Origin: Clostridia bacterium
GTDB taxonomy: Bacteria > Bacillota > Clostridia > Christensenellales > CAG-138
Assembly (NCBI GenBank): GCA_017448545.1
Contig: JAFSLH010000007.1
Coordinates: 27,460 to 91,459 of the forward strand
Direction of reading: 5' to 3'
DNA length: 64,000 nt
The notes below the pieces were generated by a model. The model was not told the DNA's origin. It did not search any database and saw only the letters and a list, made by a program, of their open reading frames with translations. The position numbers and the translations under genes are program-made. Each line of letters opens with the position of its first letter. Position 1 is the first letter of the stretch. Shown piece after piece: positions 28,440 through 36,384 of this stretch.

Positions 28440-28640
28440 CGTTCCCGGCGTTGGTCTTGGTCTTTATCTTCGTCTTTATCTTTATCTTTGTCTTTGTCTT
28501 GCATCGAAAACGATATTTTTCATATCGATATCGATATTTTCGGATCGAAAACGATATGACGCGGAACGATAACGTTGCAAGTCGGAACGATAACGTTACG
28601 AAAACGTTGCGGGACGGGATTTATAAATTTGCACTTGCAT
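28440..28640. repeat. AT-rich island with microsatellite-like (TCTTTR)n run and nested direct/inverted repeats
   Basis: GGTCTTGGTCTTTATCTTCGTCTTTATCTTTATCTTTGTCTTTGTCTT. ATCGAAAACGATAT x2 (28502, 28544) flanking the palindrome ATATCGATATCGATAT. CGGAACGATAACGTT x2. Confidence 0.85.
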
Positions 28641-28650
28641 TTTTCCCTGC

Positions 28651-28986
28651 GCGTCCAACTCTACAATCCTCCCGATCGCTTCGCGATCTTCCCTCCTTTA
28701 CACAAGGAGGGTTTTGCCTCCCCTGTGTAAGGGGAGGGCAGGGTGGGGTTGTAAGGTTGGACGTGCGGGGAAAGAATGAGAGCGTTTCCCTACAACCCTA
28801 CCGGCTCGGCTGCGCCGATCCACCTCCCCTTACACAGGGGAGGCTGTACAGCTCTGCCGTCTGCCTGACGGCAAACAGCGGTCACCAATGATTTTGCTTC
28901 TTCTCGCACCGCGAGCGCAGAATCTTTCCCCATATCTTTCGCCTTTGGCGAAATCATAACTCTAAACTCTGAACTGTAAACTGACC
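28651..28986. repeat. Intergenic mosaic repeat cluster R4 (modules E x3, D x3, I, F, H, G)
   Basis: CTACAATCCTCCC. CCCTCCTTTACACAAGGAGGG. CCTCCCCTGTGTAAGGGGAGG. GGGGTTGTAAGGT. CCCTACAACCCTACC. CCTCCCCTTACACAGGGGAGG. GACGGCAAACAGCGGTCACC. GCGAGCGCAGAATCTTT. TTTCGCCTTTGGCGAAA. CTCTAAACTCTGAACTGTAAAC. Confidence 0.9.
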
Positions 28987-30609
28987 TCACCGGCGCAGGG
29001 CGTGGGCGATGTTCAGCGCCTGGTCGGAGCAGCGCTCGAGATCGGTGCACATATCGGTGAAGATGACGCCGGCCAGCGGGTTGCAGCCGCTCTGCATCAG
29101 GCGGTCGATGTGGTTCTGGATGAACTGCGCTTGCATATCGTCGACGTTCTGTTCGAGCTCCTCGGCCTCCGGGAGCCGCTTGAGCGATTCGGTTTCGAAA
29201 ACGTCCATCGCGACGTCAAGGCACTGCAGCACGCCGACCGAGAGCTGCCGCAGCTCCTCCATGCCGGCGTCCGAGATCGTGACCTTATCGGTCTTGAGCC
29301 GCTGCGCAAACTCGATGATGTTTTCGGCGTGGTCGCTGATGCGCTCAAAGTTCGACGTGACGCGGATCATGCGCGAGAGCAGGAACACGTCGCGCTCCGG
29401 CAGCTGCAGGCTGCGCAGCGTGACCAGCCGGTCGCTGATCGTATGGTCGAGCCAGTCCACGGTCTGCTCCGTTTCCTCGACGCGGTCAAACAGCTCCTCG
29501 CGCTCGGGGTAGAAGAAGTATTCGAGCGCGGAAGTCAGGTTGCTCCGGGCAATCTTGCCCATGCGCTCGACTTCCAGCTTGGCCTGCCGCACGGCGACGG
29601 CGGGAACCATCTGTTCCGCGCCGGGCAAAAAGACCAACCGCCTGTCCTCCTTTTGCCGTTGTTCCTCCGGGAGCAGCGGCATCGTGAGGTACGTCAGCTT
29701 GATAATCAGCTTCGAGCAGGGCAGCAGCACGAGCACCGCGACGATTGCGAAGATCGTATGCGTGTTCGCCACCTGACGCGCGACGTCGCCCGGCGAAAGC
29801 AGCTTGATCCAGTCGAGCACGACCGGGAAGATCGTGATGATGAGCAGCAGCTGGACGGCGCGCAGCATATTGAAATAGAGGTTCAACAGCGCGGTGCGCT
29901 TGCCGTTCCGGTCGGTCGTCAGCGACGCGAGCAGGTTCGGCATGACGGAGCCGATCGCCGCGCCGATCGCAAGGTACACGCACTGCTCGTAGGTCAGCAG
30001 TCCTTCGACGGCGAACGCCTGGAAAATGACGACCGAGGACGAGGAGCTTTGCAGCAGCGCGGTAAACAGAATCCCGAACAGCACCGCGAGCGCCGGATGC
30101 GACAGCGCGGACAGGACGCGGATGAACCCTTCGCTTTGGGCCAGCGGCGCGATCGCGGTCTTGATCAGCCCGATGCCGACGAACAGCATGCCAAAGCCGA
30201 GCAGGATCGCGCCGATGTGCTTGACGAGCGGCTTTTTGAGAAATAAGTACAGCACCGTGCCGACAAACACGAGCGCCGGCGCGAGCGCGGTCAGGTTGAA
30301 CGCGGTGATCTGCGCGGTGACGGTCGTTCCGATGTTCGCGCCCATGATCACGCCGATCGCCTGCGCGAGCGTCATCAGCCCCGAATTGACGAAGCCGATG
30401 ACCATCATGTCTGTCGCAGACGAGCTTTGCACGAGCATCGTCACGACGATGCCGATCAGCACCGCCAGTACGCGGTTCGTCGTTACCTTTTCGAGAATGA
30501 CGTGCAGCGAGTCGCCCGCGGCGTTTTTGAGGCCCGACGACATGACGGTCATGCCGTACAGAAACAGCCCCACGCCGCCCAGCAGCGACAGAATTTCCCA
30601 AACGGTCAT
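28987..30609 (-). CDS. Na+/phosphate cotransporter family protein with C-terminal PhoU-like domain
   Basis: 540 aa. Duplicated Na/Pi-cotransporter TM repeats (QSSSAT.., LQSSSSS..) and a C-terminal PhoU-type helical repeat (ISDHAENI, CSDQALNI). Confidence 0.85.
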   Translation of the reverse strand: MTVWEILSLLGGVGLFLYGMTVMSSGLKNAAGDSLHVILEKVTTNRVLAVLIGIVVTMLVQSSSATDMMVIGFVNSGLMTLAQAIGVIMGANIGTTVTAQITAFNLTALAPALVFVGTVLYLFLKKPLVKHIGAILLGFGMLFVGIGLIKTAIAPLAQSEGFIRVLSALSHPALAVLFGILFTALLQSSSSSVVIFQAFAVEGLLTYEQCVYLAIGAAIGSVMPNLLASLTTDRNGKRTALLNLYFNMLRAVQLLLIITIFPVVLDWIKLLSPGDVARQVANTHTIFAIVAVLVLLPCSKLIIKLTYLTMPLLPEEQRQKEDRRLVFLPGAEQMVPAVAVRQAKLEVERMGKIARSNLTSALEYFFYPEREELFDRVEETEQTVDWLDHTISDRLVTLRSLQLPERDVFLLSRMIRVTSNFERISDHAENIIEFAQRLKTDKVTISDAGMEELRQLSVGVLQCLDVAMDVFETESLKRLPEAEELEQNVDDMQAQFIQNHIDRLMQSGCNPLAGVIFTDMCTDLERCSDQALNIAHALRR

Positions 30610-30814
30610 TTGCTTTCTCTCCGATCGTTGTATAAAAAATCGTTTTGATCCTATAAATTACGGGATAATTATACCTGTTTTTCGTCCGGTTTGCAAGAGC
30701 AGCGAGACGGTTCCGTTCCCGTTCTATGCGGAATCGGCGCAAATTATGCGTAAAAGGACACGGATCGACGAAATCCGGAATACGATAGGATAACAAACGG
30801 ATACGGAGGAACCG

Positions 30815-31561
30815 ATGGAAACGCCGCTGTTGACGCTTTCGGGCGTGACTTTTTCTTATTTTACGGAAACGGAGCAGACGCAGGCCGTCGCCGGTCTCGA
30901 CATGGAGGTAAAGCGCGGGGAATTCTGCGCGATCGTCGGGCCGTCCGGCTGCGGCAAGACGAGCGTGCTCTCGCTGATGATGGGGCTTCTGAAACCGCAG
31001 GCCGGAACGATCGCCTTTTCCGAGCCGAACCTCAGGATCGGCTACATGCTGCAGCGCGATCATCTGCTCGAATGGCGCATGGTCGAAAAGAACGTGCTGC
31101 TGGGGCTCGAAGTGCAGCGCCGATTGACGCCCGAAGCGAAAACGAAAGCGCTGCAGCTTCTCGATACCTACGGGCTCGGCGCGTTCCGGCGGTATTACCC
31201 GCCGCAGCTTTCGGGCGGGATGCGGCAGAAGGTCGCATTGATCCGCACGCTCGCGCTCGAACCGGACCTGCTGCTGCTCGACGAGCCGTTTTCCGCGCTG
31301 GATTACCAGACGCGGCTGCAGCTATCTGACGAAGTGTACCGCATCATCCGCGAACAGAACAAGACGGCCGTCCTCGTCACGCATGACATCTCGGAAGCCG
31401 TCTCGATGGCGGATCGGGTATTCGTGTTTTCCCGGCGGCCGTCGCGGATCAAAACGATCCTCGAAACCGGGTTCGACCGCGCGCTTTCGCCGCTGATGCG
31501 GCGGCACACGCCCGCCTTTTTGGACCTGTACGACCGCGCATGGAAGGAGATCGACCGATGA
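30815..31561 (+). CDS. ABC transporter ATP-binding protein (NitT/TauT, SsuB-like family)
   Basis: Walker A GPSGCGKTS, signature LSGGMRQK, Walker B LLLLDEP. 248 aa. Confidence 0.88.
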   Translation: METPLLTLSGVTFSYFTETEQTQAVAGLDMEVKRGEFCAIVGPSGCGKTSVLSLMMGLLKPQAGTIAFSEPNLRIGYMLQRDHLLEWRMVEKNVLLGLEVQRRLTPEAKTKALQLLDTYGLGAFRRYYPPQLSGGMRQKVALIRTLALEPDLLLLDEPFSALDYQTRLQLSDEVYRIIREQNKTAVLVTHDISEAVSMADRVFVFSRRPSRIKTILETGFDRALSPLMRRHTPAFLDLYDRAWKEIDR

Positions 31562-32346
31562 ACGAAGCATATCGCCGCTATCTATTGCGGCAGAAACGGA
31601 ACCGCCGCGCCGTGCGGTTCGGACAGATCGCCGTCCTCGTCGGGTTTTTCGGGCTTTGGGAGCTCGGGGCCGCGCTCGGCTGGTTCGACCCGTTCATCCT
31701 CTCGAGCCCGTCGCGCGTGTGGGCGACGGTCGTGCGGCTCGCCGCGTCGAACGACCTTTGGCAGCACATCGGCACGACGCTGCTCGAAACCGTGCTCGGG
31801 TTCGTGTTCGGCACGCTGCTCGGAACGCTGCTCGCGGTGCTTTTGTGGTGGCTGCCGACGCTGAACCGCATCCTCGATCCGTACCTTGTCGTTCTGAACG
31901 CGCTGCCGAAGATCGCGCTCGGGCCGGTGCTGATCGTCTGGATCGGGGCCGGCATGGCCTCCATCGTCGTGATGGGCATCCTCGTTTCGCTCGTCGTGAC
32001 GACCGTGACCGTGCTGAACGGGTTCAACGCGACGACCTCCGACAAACAGCTGCTGATGCGCACGCTCGGCGCGACGAAGCTGCAGATTTTCACGAAAGTC
32101 GTGCTGCCTGCGGGGCTCAAAGACCTGATCGCCGCGCTGAAGATTTCGGTCGGCATGTCGTGGGTCGGCGTGATCGTCGGCGAATACCTCGTCAGCAAAT
32201 CCGGTCTCGGCTACCTGATCGTCTACGGCGGGCAGGTATTCAAGCTTGACCTCGTCATGGCGAGCGTCGTGATCCTCTGCGTGCTCGCCGCGCTGATGTA
32301 CGAAGCCGTCGCCCTGCTCGAAAAGCGGCTGACGCGCGGCGCGTGA
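31558..32346 (+). CDS. ABC transporter permease (SsuC/TauC-like)
   Basis: ORF 31540..32346. ATG 31558 overlaps the ATPase stop. Six TM helices and a BPD-transporter EAA-like loop. Confidence 0.85.
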   Translation: MNEAYRRYLLRQKRNRRAVRFGQIAVLVGFFGLWELGAALGWFDPFILSSPSRVWATVVRLAASNDLWQHIGTTLLETVLGFVFGTLLGTLLAVLLWWLPTLNRILDPYLVVLNALPKIALGPVLIVWIGAGMASIVVMGILVSLVVTTVTVLNGFNATTSDKQLLMRTLGATKLQIFTKVVLPAGLKDLIAALKISVGMSWVGVIVGEYLVSKSGLGYLIVYGGQVFKLDLVMASVVILCVLAALMYEAVALLEKRLTRGA

Positions 32347-32349
32347 ACG

Positions 32350-33087
32350 TTATCCGAGCCGGACGTACTTTTTCGGATCGACCGGCTTGCCGTCGATCGA
32401 AAACGCGAAATGCAGATGCGGCGGCAGGGCGCATTCGGAAATCGCGCTCGTGCCGACCGAGCCGATCACCGTCCCGGCGTTGACCTTGTCGCCCGCCTTG
32501 ACGCGCACGTCCGAACCGAGCGACGCATAGAGCGTGGTGCGGCCGTTGCTGTGTTTGATCTCGACCGTATAGCCGAGCACGTCGTCCTCGCGCACGTCGG
32601 AGACCGTGCCGGACAGCACCGCCTTGACCGCTTTGCCCTCGTCCGCCGCGATATCCACCGCTGCGTGCGTCATCCACTGGTCGAGCGTGACCGAATACAG
32701 CAGCTTGTCGACCGCGAAGTCAAAGATGATCTCGCCCTCGACCGGCGCGGCGGCCTTCTGCGACGCGGACGCGGGCTTTGCGGTCGGGGCAGCCGTCGGT
32801 TCCGCGGTCGGGACGGCGGTCGGGGCCGCCGTGTTCAGCGGCGCGTAGTAGGGCGTCGCCGTCGGGCTCGTCTTTTGCGGGACGACCGTGATTTCCGAAA
32901 GCCGCTGATCGCCCGAATTGTTGACCGGAACCGGCGCGGCCGTCGGCGCCGCTTCGGTCTGCTGCTTCGTCGCCGGAATCGTCAGCAGCACGATCCCCGT
33001 TCCGACCGCCATCAGGCACAGGACGATCGCGAGATAGAACCCGTTGTTGCGGAGAAACAGGATCAAATTGTTTTGCTTCTTTTCCAT
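32350..33087 (-). CDS. M23/LytM-family metallopeptidase with N-terminal TM anchor (possibly SpoIIQ-like)
   Basis: ORF 32350..33243, trimmed to ATG 33087 (MEKKQNNLILFLRNNGFYLAIVL) with a GAGGTG RBS. HxxxD (HAAVD) and HxH (HLHF) zinc motifs. Pro/Thr/Ala linker. Confidence 0.8.
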   Translation of the reverse strand: MEKKQNNLILFLRNNGFYLAIVLCLMAVGTGIVLLTIPATKQQTEAAPTAAPVPVNNSGDQRLSEITVVPQKTSPTATPYYAPLNTAAPTAVPTAEPTAAPTAKPASASQKAAAPVEGEIIFDFAVDKLLYSVTLDQWMTHAAVDIAADEGKAVKAVLSGTVSDVREDDVLGYTVEIKHSNGRTTLYASLGSDVRVKAGDKVNAGTVIGSVGTSAISECALPPHLHFAFSIDGKPVDPKKYVRLG

Positions 33088-33158
33088 GTTGTTTATCACC
33101 TCGCGCATAGTATGACCGGCTTTTGCGCCGATCATACGGCGGGCGGTTCGAAATCCAT

Positions 33159-33187
33159 TTGACAGCCCCGCGCTTTTTGCGTACAAT
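33159..33187 (+). promoter_or_regulatory. Sigma-A-type promoter of the M32 carboxypeptidase gene
   Basis: TTGACA (33159-33164), 17 bp, TACAAT (33182-33187). Confidence 0.55.
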
Positions 33188-33217
33188 GGAGAAAACGATC
33201 CGAAGGAGCAAACAACG

Positions 33218-34714
33218 ATGGAAGAAACCGTCAAACGATTCAAAGCGCAGCTCGAAAAGATGCGCGTTTACGAGCACGCCATGGGCGTCCTGTATTACGA
33301 TATGGAGACCGTCATGCCGAAGAAGGCCGCTCCGCTCGTCGGGGAAACGCTCGGCGCGCTGTCCGGGGTCGAATACCGGCTGAAGACGGACGAAACGTTC
33401 CTCGCGGACATGCAGGCAATCCTTGCGCATCCGGACGCGGTCGACGCGATCACGCTTGCCGAAGCGAAACAGATGTACGAGGATTACGAACGCACCGCCT
33501 GCATCCCGGTCGACGAATACGTTGCGTTTCAGGTCGCGCTGACGGCTTCCTCCGCCGCGTGGCACGAAGCGAAGGTGACGAACGACTTTGCAAAATTCCT
33601 GCCGCACCTCGAAACGGTCTATGACTATACGCGCCGGTTCGCCCGCTATTATCGGCCCGACGCGCCGGTCTACGATACGCTTCTGGATTCCTACGAAAAG
33701 GGGCTGACGACCGAAACGCTCGACGCGTTTTTCGCTAAGGTGCGCGCCGCGCTCGTTCCGGTCATCGACGCGATCCGCAAAAAGGGCTATCAGCCGGACG
33801 TTTCGTTCCTCGAGCAGCCGTACCCGATCGAACAGCAGAAGGAATGGACGAAGTACCTGATGCAGGTGCTGCGCATGGATCCCGACCGCACGGTCTGCGG
33901 CGAAGTCGAGCATCCGTTTACGACCAGCTTTACGAAGGACGACGTCCGCATCACGACGCACTACCACGAGGACGCGGTGCAGAGCTCGATGTACAGCGTG
34001 ATCCACGAAGGCGGCCACGCGATCTACGAACTGAACGTCGGCGACGACATCAAGCTAAGCCCGCTCAGCAACCTGACCAGCATGAGCGTGCATGAAAGCC
34101 AGTCCCGCTTCTTTGAAAACATCATCGGCCGCAGCGAGCCGTTCATCGAATACGTGTTCCCGAAGCTCGTCGAGCTGTTCCCGACGCAGCTTGCCGGCGT
34201 GACAGCGCATCAGTTCTATCTTGCCGTGAACAAGGCCGAACCGTCGCTGATCCGCACCGAAGCGGACGAGCTGACCTATCCGCTGCACATCATGATCCGC
34301 TATGAGATCGAAAAGAAGCTGATCGACGGGACGCTGGCCGCTGCGGACGCGCCCGCCGCCTGGAACGCGCTCTACCGCGAATACCTCGGCGTCGACGTGC
34401 CGGACGACAAACAGGGCGTTCTGCAGGATTCGCACTGGTCGAGCGGCCTGATCGGCTACTTCCCGTCCTATGCGCTCGGCAGCGCGTACGGCGCGCAGCT
34501 CCTCGACTGGATGCAGCGCGATCTGGACGTGTGGGGACTCGTGCGCGAAGGCAGCCTGCAGCCGATCATCGACTGGCTGACCGAGCGCATCTACCGCCAC
34601 GGCATGCGCTTCACGCCGAAAGCGCTGATGGAGCAGGCGATGGAAGCGCCGTTCGATCCGAACTACTATACGGATTACCTGACCGAAAAGTTCACGAAGC
34701 TGTATAACCTGTAA
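33218..34714 (+). CDS. Carboxypeptidase, peptidase family M32 (Taq-like)
   Basis: 498 aa. HEGGHAIYE zinc motif, plus HESQSR and GYFPSY blocks typical of M32. Confidence 0.88.
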   Translation: MEETVKRFKAQLEKMRVYEHAMGVLYYDMETVMPKKAAPLVGETLGALSGVEYRLKTDETFLADMQAILAHPDAVDAITLAEAKQMYEDYERTACIPVDEYVAFQVALTASSAAWHEAKVTNDFAKFLPHLETVYDYTRRFARYYRPDAPVYDTLLDSYEKGLTTETLDAFFAKVRAALVPVIDAIRKKGYQPDVSFLEQPYPIEQQKEWTKYLMQVLRMDPDRTVCGEVEHPFTTSFTKDDVRITTHYHEDAVQSSMYSVIHEGGHAIYELNVGDDIKLSPLSNLTSMSVHESQSRFFENIIGRSEPFIEYVFPKLVELFPTQLAGVTAHQFYLAVNKAEPSLIRTEADELTYPLHIMIRYEIEKKLIDGTLAAADAPAAWNALYREYLGVDVPDDKQGVLQDSHWSSGLIGYFPSYALGSAYGAQLLDWMQRDLDVWGLVREGSLQPIIDWLTERIYRHGMRFTPKALMEQAMEAPFDPNYYTDYLTEKFTKLYNL

Positions 34715-34721
34715 CGCCATG

Positions 34722-34992
34722 GGGCTGTTCAAAGCGCTTTGAACAGTCCCTTGTGAATTCTCGCTTTGCGGCGTTGAAAGAAGCCCGATGGGAGGATTGT
34801 AGGGTGGCCTCCCCTGTGTAAGGGGACAAGGATTCTGCGCTCGCAGTGCGAGATGAAGCAGAATCCTTGATGACCACTGTTTGCCGATAGGCTGACGGTA
34901 GGGTTGTAAAGCTCCTTTTTCCCGCATCTCCAACCCTACAACCCCACCCGGTGACTGCGTCACCGACCTCCCCTTACACAGGGGAGGCAAAT
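34722..34992. repeat. Intergenic mosaic repeat cluster R5 (modules A, B partial, E x3, D x2, F, I)
   Basis: CTGTTCAAAGCGCTTTGAACAG at 34725-34746. TCCCTTGTGAATTCTCGC. GGATTGTAGGGTGG. CCTCCCCTGTGTAAGGGGA. AAGGATTCTGC..GCAGAATCCTT at 34828-34868. TGACCACTGTTTGCCG. CAACCCTACAACCCCACCC. CCTCCCCTTACACAGGGGAGG at 34967-34987. Confidence 0.9.
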
Positions 34993-35079
34993 AACATGAA
35001 GCAAATCAATCGCGAAAAACTGCATACCCTTTGGACGCTGTTCCTCACTTCGATGCGGATCAGTGCGTTTACGTTCGGC
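34993..35079 (+). repeat. Direct repeat copy 1 (87 bp) of the chromate-transporter gene start
   Basis: AACATGAAGCAAATCAATCGCGAAAAACTGCATACCCTTTGGACGCTGTTCCTCACTTCGATGCGGATCAGTGCGTTTACGTTCGGC is identical to 35191-35277. Confidence 0.95.
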
Positions 35080-35133
35080 CGGGATAAAACGCGGCGCGCT
35101 TCCTGCGGAAGATGCAGCGACGCGTTTTATTGA
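34996..35133 (+). pseudogene. Truncated duplicate of the chromate-transporter gene 5' end (decoy start; 28 codons identical to the intact gene, then unrelated sequence and a stop)
   Basis: 34993..35079 is identical to 35191..35277. The reading frame MKQINREKLHTLWTLFLTSMRISAFTFG then diverges (RDKTRRASCGRCSDAFY*). Confidence 0.6.
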
Positions 35134-35160
35134 CCGCTGTTTGCCCGCCGCAGGCGAGTG
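35084..35160. repeat. Repeat modules between the two 87-bp copies (hairpin ATAAAACGCG..CGCGTTTTAT, module I, H-like CGCCGCAGGCGA)
   Basis: 10-bp inverted arms at 35084-35093 and 35121-35130. TGACCGCTGTTTGCC at 35131-35145. Confidence 0.8.
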
Positions 35161-35190
35161 CCGCCGCCGAGAACTCCGAGAGAACGAACT

Positions 35191-35277
35191 AACATGAAGC
35201 AAATCAATCGCGAAAAACTGCATACCCTTTGGACGCTGTTCCTCACTTCGATGCGGATCAGTGCGTTTACGTTCGGC
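35191..35277 (+). repeat. Direct repeat copy 2 (87 bp), the functional 5' end of the chromate-transporter gene
   Basis: Identical to 34993-35079. Confidence 0.95.
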
Positions 35278-35772
35278 GGCGGCTTCGTGATCGTGACGTT
35301 TATGAAGCGGCACTTTGTCGACCGGCTGCACTGGCTGAGCGAGGAGGAGATGCTGGACTATACCGCGCTCGCGCAGACCGCGCCGGGGCCGATCGCCGTG
35401 AACGCCGCGGTGCTGGTCGGGCGGCACGTTGCGGGGACCGCGGGCATGGCCGCCGCCGTGCTCGGCACGGTGATCCCGCCGATCGTGCTGCTTTCGGTGC
35501 TTTCGCTGTTTTACGCCGCGTTCGCGTCGAACCGGTACGTCGCGCTGTTTCTGAAGGGCATGCAGGCGGGCGTTGCGGCCGTGATCCTCGACGTCGTCTG
35601 CTCGCTCGGACAAAAGGTGCTGAAGGAGCGGTCGTGGGTTTCGATCGTCCTGATGGCGGCGGCCTTTGTCGCGTCGCTGGTGTTCCGCGTGAATGCCGTC
35701 TGGATCCTGCTCGGCGCGCTTGCGGTCGGCGTTGTGCTCGCCCTGCTGGAGCGAAAGGGGGCGAAGGCATGA
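35194..35772 (+). CDS. Chromate transporter (CHR) family protein, half-size subunit 1
   Basis: ORF 35158..35772 with ATG at 35194. SAFTFGGGFVIV and AQTAPGPIAVNAA motifs of ChrA-type proteins. Confidence 0.85.
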   Translation: MKQINREKLHTLWTLFLTSMRISAFTFGGGFVIVTFMKRHFVDRLHWLSEEEMLDYTALAQTAPGPIAVNAAVLVGRHVAGTAGMAAAVLGTVIPPIVLLSVLSLFYAAFASNRYVALFLKGMQAGVAAVILDVVCSLGQKVLKERSWVSIVLMAAAFVASLVFRVNAVWILLGALAVGVVLALLERKGAKA

Positions 35773-36326
35773 CGCTTTGGGAACTGTTCTTTGCCTTTTT
35801 GCAGGTCGGCCTGTTTTCGGTCGGCGGCGGCTATGCGGCGATCCCGCTGCTCGAAAGCACGGTCGTCCGCAGCCACGCGTGGCTGACGCTGTCGGAGTTT
35901 TCCGATCTCGTGACGATTGCGGAGATGACGCCCGGCCCGATCGGGATCAACGCCGCCACGTTCGTCGGAATGCGGATCGCGGGGCTGCCCGGCGCGCTGA
36001 TCGCTTCGCTCGGGTTCGTGCTGCCGTCGCTGATCCTCGTTTCCCTGCTCTTTTGGCTCTACCGCAAATACCGCACGCTGCCGCTTTTGCAGCGGCTGAT
36101 GAAAACGCTGCGCCCGGTCGTCGTCGCGCTGATCGCTTCGGCCGGCGTGACGCTGCTGCGCACCGCGGTCTTCGGCGACGCGGCGCTGTCGCTTTCGGCC
36201 GTGAGCTGGCTTGCCGTCGTACTGTTTACGGGCGCGTTCGCCGCCATCCGGTTCGGCAAATGGAACCCGATCCTTGTGATGGCGCTGTGCGGCGGCCTGT
36301 ATCTCGGCGTTTCGCTGTTCCTTTAA
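35769..36326 (+). CDS. Chromate transporter (CHR) family protein, half-size subunit 2
   Basis: ATG 35769 overlaps the upstream stop (ATGA). LFSVGGGYAAIPLL and EMTPGPIGINAA motifs. Typical paired short-CHR arrangement. Confidence 0.85.
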   Translation: MTLWELFFAFLQVGLFSVGGGYAAIPLLESTVVRSHAWLTLSEFSDLVTIAEMTPGPIGINAATFVGMRIAGLPGALIASLGFVLPSLILVSLLFWLYRKYRTLPLLQRLMKTLRPVVVALIASAGVTLLRTAVFGDAALSLSAVSWLAVVLFTGAFAAIRFGKWNPILVMALCGGLYLGVSLFL

Positions 36327-36384
36327 CCTGTCATTTTACCGAAAAAGCATTGCAACCGCCCGCCGGACGGAGTACAATGGCGGT

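Noticed and set aside
28400-28504. 34-codon minus-strand ORF MQDKDKDKDKDEDKDQDQRRERTEGSVPGAGQRL
   Set aside because: There is no Shine-Dalgarno sequence upstream. The acidic/Lys repeat is simply the translation of the (TCTTTR)n microsatellite.
28409-28891. 160-aa plus-strand ORF across the AT-rich island and mosaic repeats
   Set aside because: Its sequence is a direct read-through of microsatellite and palindromic modules (FIFVFIFIFVFV.., LPCVRGGQGGV). It has no RBS and sits between convergent genes.
30610-30814. Possible riboswitch upstream of the SsuB/C-like ABC genes, and a possible L-box upstream of dapA (23870-23997)
   Set aside because: I saw no recognisable TPP (CUGAGA..), SAM or lysine riboswitch core motifs. 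The dapA leader is too short (about 70 nt) for an L-box.
33145-33156. GGTTCGAAATCC resembling a tRNA T-arm
   Set aside because: It has one extra A relative to GGTTCGAATCC. No acceptor or anticodon stems can be drawn around it, and it lies inside a divergent promoter region.
34055-34990. 311-aa minus-strand ORF beginning MPPLCKGRSV
   Set aside because: The N-terminus is translated repeat modules. The remainder is antisense to the M32 carboxypeptidase gene.
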